In this document: piece after piece, positions 1 through 8,472 of the stretch
Layout of the letters: the number at the start of each line of letters is the position of its first letter
Position numbering within the stretch: position 1 is the first letter of the stretch
Made by a program: the position numbers and the translations under genes
DNA from: Myxococcota bacterium
Lineage (GTDB): Bacteria; Myxococcota_A; UBA9160; JAFDET01
Direction: 5' to 3'
DNA length: 64,000 nucleotides
NCBI GenBank assembly: GCA_028278065.1
Contig: JANQFA010000038.1
Location: 2,497-66,496 of the forward strand
The notes under the pieces: generated by a model
Databases searched by the model: none
Seen by the model: the letters and a program-made list of their open reading frames with translations, nothing else
Told to the model about the DNA's origin: nothing

Positions 1-207
1 CTCCGCCTCGATGTTCAGCACGTTGTACCACTGGGTGAGGCTGAAGTCGTCGTAGACCTTGTAGTTGTTGGAGATGAAGCGGACCTGGGCCTCGAAGAAG
101 CCGTGGATCTGGAGCCGCCCATCAAAGAAGTCGAGGGCCGTCGCGCGCGGCGCCGCAACCGTGAGCATCAGGCCGATCAGCAGGATTCGCGTATTGGTTC
201 GTCGCAT
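1..207 (-). CDS. 5' end of a signal-peptide-bearing, probably secreted or outer-membrane protein; the gene continues beyond the window start
   Basis: Reverse-strand ATG at 205-207 with GGAGGGG 4 nt upstream. Translation is MRRTNTRILLIGLMLTVAAPRATALDFFDGRLQIHGFFEAQVRFISNNYKVYDDFSLTQWYNVLNIEAE: a basic n-region, a hydrophobic core, an A-x-A-like site, then a beta-strand-like alternation. The frame stays open to position 1. It is absent from the ORF track because it is truncated. Confidence 0.5.
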   Translation of the reverse strand, partial: MRRTNTRILLIGLMLTVAAPRATALDFFDGRLQIHGFFEAQVRFISNNYKVYDDFSLTQWYNVLNIEAE

Positions 208-429
208 TCGACCCCTCCGCAAGGTGCTCGTCGCAATCCGTGTGCCATGACGCTACGCGACACGGCCCCCCCGAATTCGAGCGAAATCCTCAGCGAAAGC
301 GTCGCGCTCCCGCGCCGAGCTGCGTCACGCGCGGGGCGAACGACGACACCGCTGTGGTCAAACGCCACGGGCGCGACTGCGAGCTCCCGGTCCAGCCGAG
401 TCCCGACGCGGACCCGACGAAGACCGCGC

Positions 430-1353
430 TCAGGATCTCGCGGCCGGGAGACGGCTCTCCAGGTAGGCGAGCGTACGCTCGGCGGTGCCGTCCCGGCCGC
501 CGACCGGCACGGCTTCGAGATCGCTCACGCCGAGGTCGCGCAGCCGGTCCAGGGCCGCGTCCAGGTCGCGCTCGTCGCCCACCAGGGCCAGGTCCGTGGG
601 ATCGGCGATCCCTTCCTTGTCGAGCATCGCGCGGTAGCTCGGAAGGCGACGATACGCGGCCATGGGCCCGGCCAGACGCGCCCGGACCGCCTGCGGATCC
701 CCGGTCAAGGCGATCTGGTAGCCGGCGACGATGCGCGGGTCCGGGCCTCCCGTCTCGCGCGCCGCCGCGCGCAGCTTCGGTGCGATGTGGCTCTCGATGG
801 TGCGCGGGCCGGTCATCCACAGGATCGTCCCCGCCGCCCTGCGCCCGGCCAGCGCGAGCATCCGGTCGCCGAGGGCGGCGAGCAGGATCGGTACCGGCTG
901 GATGCCGGGCACGTCGAGGCGGAGCTCGACCCGGAACTCCTCCCCGGAGCAGCTCGCCGGCTCGCCCCGCAGCAGGGGAGAGAGCACCTCCAGATACTCG
1001 CGCATGTGGCGCGCGCGGCGGGCGTAGGACAGGCCGAAGAGGCTCTCGATCACCACCGGGTGGGAGAGCCCGATGCCCAGGGTGAAGCGCCCGCCGCAGG
1101 AGACGCCGGCGGTGAGAGCCTGCTGGGCGAGAGCGGCGGGATGGCGCGGCTGGGTCGGCACCACCGCGCTGCCGATCTCGATCCGCTCCGTCTCGCGCCC
1201 GAGAACCGCTGCGGTGGTGACTGCGTCCAGGCCGAAGACCTGGGGAAGCCAGAGGGTGGCGAAGCCCCGGCTCTCGAGGTCCCGGGCCTGTGCGACCAGA
1301 TCGTCCAGGCCACGCCGGCTTCGCTCCATGCCCGGCATCACTCCGATGCGCAT
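430..1353 (-). CDS. LLM-class (luciferase-like) flavin/F420-dependent oxidoreductase
   Basis: 307-aa track ORF with LLM-type blocks (MRIGVMPG...LESRGFATLWLPQVFG, GGRFTLGIGLSH) and G/C-rich third positions. It starts 10 nt after the DDN gene stop and is the last gene of a three-gene string. Confidence 0.85.
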   Translation of the reverse strand: MRIGVMPGMERSRRGLDDLVAQARDLESRGFATLWLPQVFGLDAVTTAAVLGRETERIEIGSAVVPTQPRHPAALAQQALTAGVSCGGRFTLGIGLSHPVVIESLFGLSYARRARHMREYLEVLSPLLRGEPASCSGEEFRVELRLDVPGIQPVPILLAALGDRMLALAGRRAAGTILWMTGPRTIESHIAPKLRAAARETGGPDPRIVAGYQIALTGDPQAVRARLAGPMAAYRRLPSYRAMLDKEGIADPTDLALVGDERDLDAALDRLRDLGVSDLEAVPVGGRDGTAERTLAYLESRLPAARS

Positions 1354-1363
1354 GCCCGCCCTC

Positions 1364-1849
1364 TCATGTCGGCTTCCGTCGCAGACGGAAGACGCGGATG
1401 TCCCGGTCGGTGCGCTGCGCGTAGACCTCGAGCTGGGGAATCGCCCGGCGCAGATCGTCCCAGACCGCCTCCTTCTCCCCGCCGCTCAGCATCTCGGCAC
1501 GCGCCACATAGCGCTCCCCGCGCGCCTGGACCTCCACATCGGGATGCGCCTCCAGGTTGTAGCGCCAGGCGGGGTGCCGCTGCTGACCCATGGCGCTCGC
1601 CACCACCAGCGCGTCTCCCTCGTGCTCGACGCAGGCCAGGTGCACGGAGCGCGGACGACCCGAGCGCCGCCCGGTCGTCGTGAGCGTGAGCATCGGCATG
1701 GCAGGCGGGCCGAAGCAGGTCAGTCGGCCGTTGCTCGCCCTGAACAGGAGCGGGTCGAGGCGGGAGGCGACGTTCCGGACGAGCCAGGTGGCCGCGGGAT
1801 GGGTGGAGAGCCGGACGACGAGGGGCGGGACGTCGCCGGGTGCACTCAT
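1364..1849 (-). CDS. Deazaflavin-dependent nitroreductase-family (Ddn-like) oxidoreductase
   Basis: Start taken at ATG 1847-1849 (M68 of the 228-aa track ORF), which overlaps the BVMO stop as ATGA and gives 161 aa. Motifs TTTGRRSGRPRSV...LVVASAMGQQRHPAWRYNLEAHPDVEV are typical of the Ddn/split-barrel family. Confidence 0.8.
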   Translation of the reverse strand: MSAPGDVPPLVVRLSTHPAATWLVRNVASRLDPLLFRASNGRLTCFGPPAMPMLTLTTTGRRSGRPRSVHLACVEHEGDALVVASAMGQQRHPAWRYNLEAHPDVEVQARGERYVARAEMLSGGEKEAVWDDLRRAIPQLEVYAQRTDRDIRVFRLRRKPT

Positions 1850-3342
1850 CTCGTCTCGAAGTCCTCGAGCCGCGGACGCTGCATCTCCTCGCGGAAGCGA
1901 TCGTAGGTCCAGGGCCAGGCGGTCGGCAGTCCGTCGGCGCCGATGTACCAGCTCCGGCAGCCGCTGGCCCAGACGGTCTTCTTCGCAGCCTCCCTGCGCT
2001 CGGCCTCGAAGCGCTCCATGGCGGGCCAGGAGGCGCTGATCTCGCGGCACCCGCCCGACCGCACCCGCTCCACGAGCTGCAGGATGTAGGTCAGCTGCAG
2101 CTCGGCCACGTCGATCAGCGAGAAGTTCCCGACGGGTCCGTTGGGGCCCTGCAGCATGAAGAAGTTGGGGAGGTCGGGCACCGAGGTAGCCAGGTAGGCG
2201 AACGGACCGTCCTGCCAGATCGCGTCGAGAGCGGCGCCGTCCCGACCGATCACCTCCATCGGGCGCACGAAGCGGTCCACCCGAAAGCCCGTCGCCAGGA
2301 CCAGCACGTCCAGCTCGTGCAGCTCTCCGTCGCGCGTGCGGACGCCCTTCGCCTCCACGCGCTCGATCCCCTCGTTGACGAGCCTCGCGTTCGGCCGCTG
2401 GATCGCGTCGTAGAAGTCCTCGGAGAGGATGAGGCGCTTGCAGGTCGCGCGGTAGTCCGGGCGCAGCTTCTCGCGGAGCTCCGGGTCCTTCACGCTGCTC
2501 TCGAGATTGGCGACACAGGTCGCGTGAATCCCATCGAGCACCGGGGACTCGGCGTCCACGAGCACGTTGGCGAATCCCTCCGTGAACGCGCGGGCCGTAT
2601 CGGCGCGGAGCGTCTCCATGGCCTCCGGATGCTCACGGAACTCCGCCTTCTCCTGCTCCGTGTAGGCCGGGTTGTCCATGGGGGTGATCCACTGGGCGGT
2701 ACGCTGGAAGAGTGTGAGCCGGGCGACCCGATCGACCAGGGCCGACACGATCTGGATCGCGGAGGAGCCGGTCCCGACCACCCCTACCCGCCGCCCCTCG
2801 AGCGGAACCTCGTGGTCCCAGCGGGCGCTGTGGAACACGGCGCCCTCGAAGACGTCGAGGCCTTCGATCTGCGGGATGGCCGGATGGTGGAGCACTCCGG
2901 TGGCCGCGATCACGAAGTCGGCCGCATCGCTTTCCCCAGCAGCGGTCTCGATCCTCCAGCGCCCTTCCTCGAACGCGCAGCGCGCGACCTCGGTTCCGAA
3001 GCGGATGCGCTCGACCACCCCGTAGCGGTGCGCCACGCCCTCGAAATAGGCCTGGATCTCGGCACCCGGGGCGAAGCGGTGGCTCCAGTCGGGATTCAGC
3101 TCGAAGGAGTAGCTGTAGAAGTGCGACGGAACGTCACACGCGATGCCCGGATAGGTGTTCTCTCGCCAGGTTCCACCGAGAGTGTCGGCTTTCTCGTAGA
3201 CGACGAAGTCGTCGAATCCGGCCTTCTGGAGCTCGATGGCGCTGAGAATGCCCGACATCCCGGCGCCGATGACGACGAAGCGCGGCTGCTTCCGGGCGGG
3301 GTCCTCCGCGCGATTCACGTCAGGTTCGGTTTCCGTGTCCAT
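1846..3342 (-). CDS. Type I Baeyer-Villiger (flavin-containing) monooxygenase
   Basis: 498 aa. Two Rossmann motifs (VVIGAGMSG, VVGTGSSA) flank the BVMO fingerprint FxGxxxHxxxW[P/D], seen here as FEGAVFHSARWD. Confidence 0.9.
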   Translation of the reverse strand: MDTETEPDVNRAEDPARKQPRFVVIGAGMSGILSAIELQKAGFDDFVVYEKADTLGGTWRENTYPGIACDVPSHFYSYSFELNPDWSHRFAPGAEIQAYFEGVAHRYGVVERIRFGTEVARCAFEEGRWRIETAAGESDAADFVIAATGVLHHPAIPQIEGLDVFEGAVFHSARWDHEVPLEGRRVGVVGTGSSAIQIVSALVDRVARLTLFQRTAQWITPMDNPAYTEQEKAEFREHPEAMETLRADTARAFTEGFANVLVDAESPVLDGIHATCVANLESSVKDPELREKLRPDYRATCKRLILSEDFYDAIQRPNARLVNEGIERVEAKGVRTRDGELHELDVLVLATGFRVDRFVRPMEVIGRDGAALDAIWQDGPFAYLATSVPDLPNFFMLQGPNGPVGNFSLIDVAELQLTYILQLVERVRSGGCREISASWPAMERFEAERREAAKKTVWASGCRSWYIGADGLPTAWPWTYDRFREEMQRPRLEDFETR

Positions 3343-3413
3343 GCCACCCCGAAGAACGCCACCAGCGGGACGGCCATTCTAACGCGGCCGGCAGGGCCTT
3401 CACCTCCACGGGC

Positions 3414-5666
3414 CTACCGCTGGACGTCCAGCCCGCGCAGTCGCAGGGCGTTGGCGATCACCGAGACCGAGCTGAGGCTCATGGCGGCGGCCGCCAGCAT
3501 CGGACTCAGCAGGAGACCCAGTGCGGGGTAGAGGACGCCGGCCGCGATCGGGATGCCCAGCGCGTTGTACACGAAGGCGAAGAAGAGATTCTGGCGGATG
3601 TTCCGCATGGTGGCCCGGCTGATGCGACGCGCGCGCAGGATCCCGCGCAGGTCACCTTGCACCAGAGTCACCCCGGCGCTCTGCATGGCGACGTCGGTCC
3701 CGGTGCCCATGGCGATGCCGACCTGCGCCTGCGCGAGTGCCGGCGCGTCGTTCACGCCGTCTCCCGCCATCGCGACGACCCTCCCCTGCGCCTGGAGCTC
3801 CCGGATCGCCGCCGCCTTCTCGTCGGGGAGGAGGTCGGCCACCACGGCGTCCAGGTCCAACCGACCGGCCACCGCCTCCGCGGTCCCGCGCTCGTCGCCG
3901 GTGAACATCACCACCCGCAGCCCCTCGCTCTGCAGGCCGGCGATGGCTTCGGGCGTCGAGTCCTTGATCGGGTCCGCCACTCCCAAGACCGCAGCGACGG
4001 CCCGATCGGCGGCCAGGAAGACGGCCGTACGGGCCTGGGAGCGCAGCACACCGGCACGCCGCTCCAGGCCGCCGAGGTCCACGCCGAGCTCTTGCATCAG
4101 CTTCCGGCTCCCGAGAGCGATCTCGCGCCCCTCGATCCGCCCCACCACCCCGCGCCCGGTGCGCGACTCGAAGTCGGCCGGTCGGGCGAGATCGATGCCG
4201 CGCGCCGCGGCTCCCGAGACGATCGCCTGGGCCAGCGGGTGCTCGCTGGCGCGCTCGAGCGAGGCGGCCAGGCGAACGGCCTCCTCCTCCTCCCAGCCGG
4301 GCGCCAGAGCCACACCCACCAGCGCGGGCCGCCCCTCGGTGAGCGTGCCCGTCTTGTCCACGACGACGGTGTCGACCGCGCGCAACGCCTCGATGGCCTC
4401 GGCGTCGCGGAAGAGGACGCCCGCGCCGGCCGCCCGCGCCGACGCGACCATGATCGACATGGGCGTGGCCAGCCCCAGCGCGCACGGGCAGGCGATGATC
4501 AGCACGGCCACCGCGTTGAGGACGGCGTATGCCATGCGCGGATCGGGCCCCACGAGCGCCCAGATCGCGAAGGTCGCGGCGGAGGCGACGAGCACAGCGG
4601 GAACGAACCAGCCGGCCACGACGTCCGCGAGCCGCTGGATGGGAGCGCGGCTGCGCTGGGCCTCGGACACCATCTGGACGATCCGGGCGAGCAGGGTCTC
4701 GGATCCCACGCGCTCCGCGCGCACCAGGAGTGCCCCCGTGCCGTTGAGGGTGGCACCCGTCACCGGCTCGCCCGCCTCCTTGGCGACCGGGATCGGCTCG
4801 CCGGTGATCATCGACTCGTCCACGGCGCTGCGCCCTTCGAGCACGATCCCATCGGCAGGGATCTTCTCTCCCGGGCGTACGCGCAGGCGATCCCCGACCT
4901 GGAGCGACTCCAGCGGAAGCTCCTCCTCGCTGCCATCGTCGTTCACGCGCAGCGCGGTGGCCGGGGCCAGGCCGAGGAGCGCGCGGATCGCCTCTGCCGT
5001 GCGGCTGCGCGCGCGCAGCTCGAGGACCTGGCCCAGGAGCACCAGGGTGACGATCACCGCCGCCGCCTCGAAGTAGACGGCCACCGCGCCGTCGTGGGCG
5101 CGGAACGAGTCGGGAAAGACGCCGGGCGCCAGCGCGGCGAGGACACTGTACAGCCAGGCCGTACCGGTTCCGATCGCGATCAGCGTGAACATGTTGAGAT
5201 TGCCGGTGCGCAGCGAGTCCCAGCCGCGCTGGAAGAAGGGGCGCCCGCCCCACAGGACGACGGGCGTTCCCAGGGCGAGCTGGGCCCATCCCAGGGTGCG
5301 CGAGGCGAACGCCGCGGACAGAGGGTTGCCTGGGATCATCTCGACCATCGCGATCAGGAAGACCGGGAAGGTGAGCGCCAGGCTCCAGCGGAAGCGCCGC
5401 GTCATGTCGCGGAGCTCCGGGCTCTCCTCGGCCACAGGGACCTCGGCAGACTCGAGCCCCATCCCGCACCTCGGGCAGTCCCCGGGACCGTCCCGGACGA
5501 TCTCCGGGTGCATCGGGCAGGTCCAGCGGGTGGGGGACGGAGCGGAGAGCGGCGCCTCCAGGGCCATCCCGCACAGGGGACAGGCCCCAGGCTCCGCAGA
5601 CGCCACGCTGGGGCACATCGGGCACGTGAAGCGCCCGACCGCGGGAGGCCCGTCGTGGCAGCCCAT
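3414..5666 (-). CDS. copA: Copper-translocating P1B-type ATPase
   Basis: 750 aa with TGE (ITGEPIPV), CPC ([13 protein letters not shown]), DKTGTLT and [10 protein letters not shown] motifs. The N-terminus carries two Cys-rich C-P-x-C...C-P-x-C-G-M metal-binding repeats instead of a classical GMxCxxC domain. The gene starts 2 nt after the csoR stop. Confidence 0.93.
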   Translation of the reverse strand: MGCHDGPPAVGRFTCPMCPSVASAEPGACPLCGMALEAPLSAPSPTRWTCPMHPEIVRDGPGDCPRCGMGLESAEVPVAEESPELRDMTRRFRWSLALTFPVFLIAMVEMIPGNPLSAAFASRTLGWAQLALGTPVVLWGGRPFFQRGWDSLRTGNLNMFTLIAIGTGTAWLYSVLAALAPGVFPDSFRAHDGAVAVYFEAAAVIVTLVLLGQVLELRARSRTAEAIRALLGLAPATALRVNDDGSEEELPLESLQVGDRLRVRPGEKIPADGIVLEGRSAVDESMITGEPIPVAKEAGEPVTGATLNGTGALLVRAERVGSETLLARIVQMVSEAQRSRAPIQRLADVVAGWFVPAVLVASAATFAIWALVGPDPRMAYAVLNAVAVLIIACPCALGLATPMSIMVASARAAGAGVLFRDAEAIEALRAVDTVVVDKTGTLTEGRPALVGVALAPGWEEEEAVRLAASLERASEHPLAQAIVSGAAARGIDLARPADFESRTGRGVVGRIEGREIALGSRKLMQELGVDLGGLERRAGVLRSQARTAVFLAADRAVAAVLGVADPIKDSTPEAIAGLQSEGLRVVMFTGDERGTAEAVAGRLDLDAVVADLLPDEKAAAIRELQAQGRVVAMAGDGVNDAPALAQAQVGIAMGTGTDVAMQSAGVTLVQGDLRGILRARRISRATMRNIRQNLFFAFVYNALGIPIAAGVLYPALGLLLSPMLAAAAMSLSSVSVIANALRLRGLDVQR

Positions 5667-5668
5667 GC

Positions 5669-5956
5669 TCAGCGCCCGCCGATGTGGGCGAACTTCGCGA
5701 AGACCTCCATCAGCTCGGCGATCTTCTCCTGGCGGTCCCTCGCCCGGCCGGAAGCCAGCGCGTCGGAGACGCAGGTCTCCACGTGGCCCTTGAGGAGCAC
5801 CTTGCCGAGCGAGTCGAGCGCCGCTCGCGCAGCCGCCACCTGCAGGAGCACGTCCACGCAGTAGCGGTCCTCCTCGATCATCCGCTCGATCCCGGCGACC
5901 TGCCCCGAGATGCGCCGGATTCGCCGGCGTGCCTGGTCGCGGGTTTCCTGCTGCAT
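5669..5956 (-). CDS. csoR: CsoR/RcnR-family metal-sensing transcriptional repressor
   Basis: 95 aa from ATG 5954-5956 (C-terminal part of the 399-aa track ORF). It has the DUF156-type helical bundle and C...H-x-x-x-C ligand pattern (RYCVDV ... GHVETC), and sits directly upstream of copA. Confidence 0.9.
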   Translation of the reverse strand: MQQETRDQARRRIRRISGQVAGIERMIEEDRYCVDVLLQVAAARAALDSLGKVLLKGHVETCVSDALASGRARDRQEKIAELMEVFAKFAHIGGR

Positions 5957-5968
5957 GACCGGAAACCT

Positions 5969-5985
5969 ATACCCTCTATGGGTAT
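5969..5985. promoter_or_regulatory. Candidate CsoR operator (inverted repeat ATACCC-N5-GGGTAT)
   Basis: ATACCCTCTATGGGTAT lies 13-29 nt upstream of the csoR start, in the csoR/patatin divergent intergenic region. Its perfect 6-bp arms resemble known TACCC..GGGTA-type CsoR boxes. Confidence 0.55.
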
Positions 5986-6040
5986 CGAGCAAGAGCCACC
6001 GCCCTGGTAGCCAGCAGCTCAGCGGTCGGGGAGCGGAGCG

Positions 6041-6886
6041 GTGGAGCGACCCTTCAGGAACGTGATCTTCGCCGGAGGCGGCAGCCGCTGCTTCTGGCAG
6101 CTCGGCTTCTGGGAGGGCGCCCGCGCCGGCGGGCTGGATCTGGGCGCCCAGGTCCGCTTCGCCGGATCGGTGAGCGCGGGCTGCGCCATGGCGACCGCTG
6201 CGGTGCTGGACCGCACCCACGAGGCGCTCGCGCTCTTCAAGGACCTGGCGGGCCGCAATCCCGCGAACGTCCACTGGCGCAACCTGGGACCGTTCCGCGC
6301 GGGCCCCGTCCTCCCCCACGGCCGGATGTACCGCAACGCCCTGCGGGAGTTCCTGAAGCCCGACGACCTGGCCGCCTTCCAGCGCGTCTCGGTCGCCTTC
6401 CTGATGTCGACCTATCCCCGCTGGCTGGGCGGGTTCCTGGGTGCCGCCTTCGGGCTCTCCGTCTACAGCGTCGAGAAGAAGCTCCGCAAGCCGATCCACC
6501 CGCGCTGGACCGCCCGTCTCGGCTACCGGCCCCTGGTCGGGTTCGCCCACGAGTGCCGCGATCCGGACGAGTTCACCGAGCTCGTGCTCGCCTCCTCCTG
6601 CGTGCCCCCGGTCCTCCCGGGCGGTCGCCATCGCGCGCAGCGGGTCCTCGACGGCGGCCTGATCGACAACGCACCGGTGCTCCTCGCCGAGGGCCAGCCG
6701 GGCGAGACGCTCGTCCTGCTCACCCGGAGGTACGAGCGTCCGCTCCCGGTCGTCGCCGCGCGCACCTACGTGCAGCCCTCTCGCGCGATCCCCATCGACA
6801 AGTTCGACTACGCCAACCCTGCCGGCCTGCAGGAAGCCTGGGATCTCGGCCTCGACGACGGTGCGCACTTCGCCGCTTCGCGGTGA
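6041..6886 (+). CDS. Patatin-like phospholipase
   Basis: 281 aa with a GTG start. Oxyanion GGGSRC, nucleophile elbow GSVSAG (GxSxG) and catalytic DGG (VLDGGLIDNAP) are present. Confidence 0.85.
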   Translation: MERPFRNVIFAGGGSRCFWQLGFWEGARAGGLDLGAQVRFAGSVSAGCAMATAAVLDRTHEALALFKDLAGRNPANVHWRNLGPFRAGPVLPHGRMYRNALREFLKPDDLAAFQRVSVAFLMSTYPRWLGGFLGAAFGLSVYSVEKKLRKPIHPRWTARLGYRPLVGFAHECRDPDEFTELVLASSCVPPVLPGGRHRAQRVLDGGLIDNAPVLLAEGQPGETLVLLTRRYERPLPVVAARTYVQPSRAIPIDKFDYANPAGLQEAWDLGLDDGAHFAASR

Positions 6887-6910
6887 GGGGCCGGGCGACG
6901 CCCCGTCGAG

Positions 6911-8443
6911 CTACGGGCCGACGAAGACGGGCGAGCTCCACGCCCACTGGTCGTTCTTCTGGCGGACCCGCACGTAGTAGTGAGCGGGCCCCGGCGAGTC
7001 GTCGGTCTCCTCCCAGCTCCAGCGCCAGGCGTACTCGGCTTCGGGAACGGCGCGCGAGAGCTGCCATGCGGGCGATACGAAGCCGTCGAGGAAGCCGGCA
7101 CGCGGCCCCTGACGCAGATCGGCGAGACGCACGTCCAATGAGCGCCCGTTGATCCGGGCGACGATGCGCGTCTCGCCGTCACCCTCGAGCTCGAGGGAGA
7201 TGCCCTGGGTCGCGTCGGTCCGCGTGGTGGGGTTCTTCCAGGTGCGCGCCTCGAGGGTGACCTCGTCACCCTTGCGCACGACCCGCGCGGTGTGGAAGGC
7301 CCCGTCGAAGCCCCAGCGCGCCTCGGGCGCCTCCTCGCCGCGCAGGCGTGGCTCCACTCCAAGGAGCCGACCGTCCTGCACGCTCAGCTCCACGCGCCAT
7401 TCGGTCGGCTCACCCGGCTCGCCCCAGCCGAGAGCCAGTGCCAGCTTGCCGCGGAACGCCGGATCGGCTCCGCCTCGCTCGCCCAGCCCGTCGCGACGGG
7501 CGATGCCCACGCCGTTCTTCACGAGCTCGACGTAGTCGATGGCCGCGCCGCCGCGCACGTCCAGATCGATCTCCCGATCCGGCACACCCGGGATCTCCGC
7601 ACCCATGGGAGCGCCGTTCACGGAGAAGGCCAGCTCGATCCGATCTCCGGTCAGCGCCCACGTGCGGCGCTCCTCGAGCCCACGCCAGATGCCGTCCCGG
7701 GTCAGCTCGGGCGCCCACACACCGAGGCGGCCGTGGTCGTGGCTTCCGGGGAACGCGGCGTGGTGGTCGGTCGAGCCGATCAACCCGAAGCGATGGCCGG
7801 CGGCCAGCCCGGCGCGCATCGACCCGCGGTCGTCGCGGGGACCCATCGTGTGCAGATAGGGCCGCGGCGCCTCGCCGCTCTCCGCACAGCCGTGCATGGA
7901 GACGATCTCCACCAGCGGCGAGTAGCGCGAATCGAAGTCCGGCCAGTGGACGCCTCGGAAGCCCGGCACGTAGCAGATGTGATGCGGGATCATCATCGCG
8001 CGGCCGCCACGGGAGCGCACCGCGTCCAGCGCCGCGCGCATCGCTGCGATGTCCGGAGCACGCACGATCTCCCCCCGCGGCCCGTCGTAGTACACGCAGT
8101 AGTCGCCGTGGCGCATGCTGTGCCACTCGAAGGAGAGAAAGCTGACGAAGCGGCCGTCCTGGTGCACGGCCGCGGTCTTCTCCTGCACCTCCTCCCACAC
8201 CTCGGCCAGGTGGTCGAAGCCCCGTTGGTGGAAGTCCACCAGGTAGCCCAAGCGCCCGTCGCCCTCCGGCATGTCCGGCCACCACGCGTGACCCGTGACG
8301 CTCGCGAAGTCGAGCTGAAGCCGCGCGTTGGCCCAGGCCTCGTCCAGGGAGCCCCGGCCGTAGGAGATGTCGCAGTGGTTGTGGAGATCCCCGAACCAGG
8401 GCCGAAGGCCGGCAAAGGCCGCGGGAAGATCGGAAGATCCCAT
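6911..8443 (-). CDS. PHP-like/DUF3604-type metal-dependent hydrolase with a C-terminal beta-rich domain
   Basis: Start taken at ATG 8441-8443 (MGSSDLPAAF...), giving 510 aa. The N-terminal GDLHNHCDISYG and later HHICY / STDHHAAF His clusters are typical of the PHP superfamily. The upstream 487 aa of the 997-aa track ORF overlap the next gene and are Arg/Pro-rich. Confidence 0.7.
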   Translation of the reverse strand: MGSSDLPAAFAGLRPWFGDLHNHCDISYGRGSLDEAWANARLQLDFASVTGHAWWPDMPEGDGRLGYLVDFHQRGFDHLAEVWEEVQEKTAAVHQDGRFVSFLSFEWHSMRHGDYCVYYDGPRGEIVRAPDIAAMRAALDAVRSRGGRAMMIPHHICYVPGFRGVHWPDFDSRYSPLVEIVSMHGCAESGEAPRPYLHTMGPRDDRGSMRAGLAAGHRFGLIGSTDHHAAFPGSHDHGRLGVWAPELTRDGIWRGLEERRTWALTGDRIELAFSVNGAPMGAEIPGVPDREIDLDVRGGAAIDYVELVKNGVGIARRDGLGERGGADPAFRGKLALALGWGEPGEPTEWRVELSVQDGRLLGVEPRLRGEEAPEARWGFDGAFHTARVVRKGDEVTLEARTWKNPTTRTDATQGISLELEGDGETRIVARINGRSLDVRLADLRQGPRAGFLDGFVSPAWQLSRAVPEAEYAWRWSWEETDDSPGPAHYYVRVRQKNDQWAWSSPVFVGP

Positions 8444-8472
8444 GTCGCCCAGCCTAGCCCGGAAACCCGTCG

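Noticed and set aside
3652-5864. Two alternative long ORFs overlapping copA (657 aa on the minus strand in another frame, 735 aa on the plus strand).
   Set aside because: Only the 3414-5666 frame yields the P-type ATPase motifs ([19 protein letters not shown]). The alternatives are Arg/Gly/Pro-rich.
6041-6886. The patatin-like phospholipase as a possible CBASS-type or other anti-phage defence effector.
   Set aside because: No cyclic-nucleotide synthase, sensor, E1/E2-like or other defence partner is adjacent. The neighbours are csoR-copA and hydrolases, so a metabolic or housekeeping lipase is more parsimonious.
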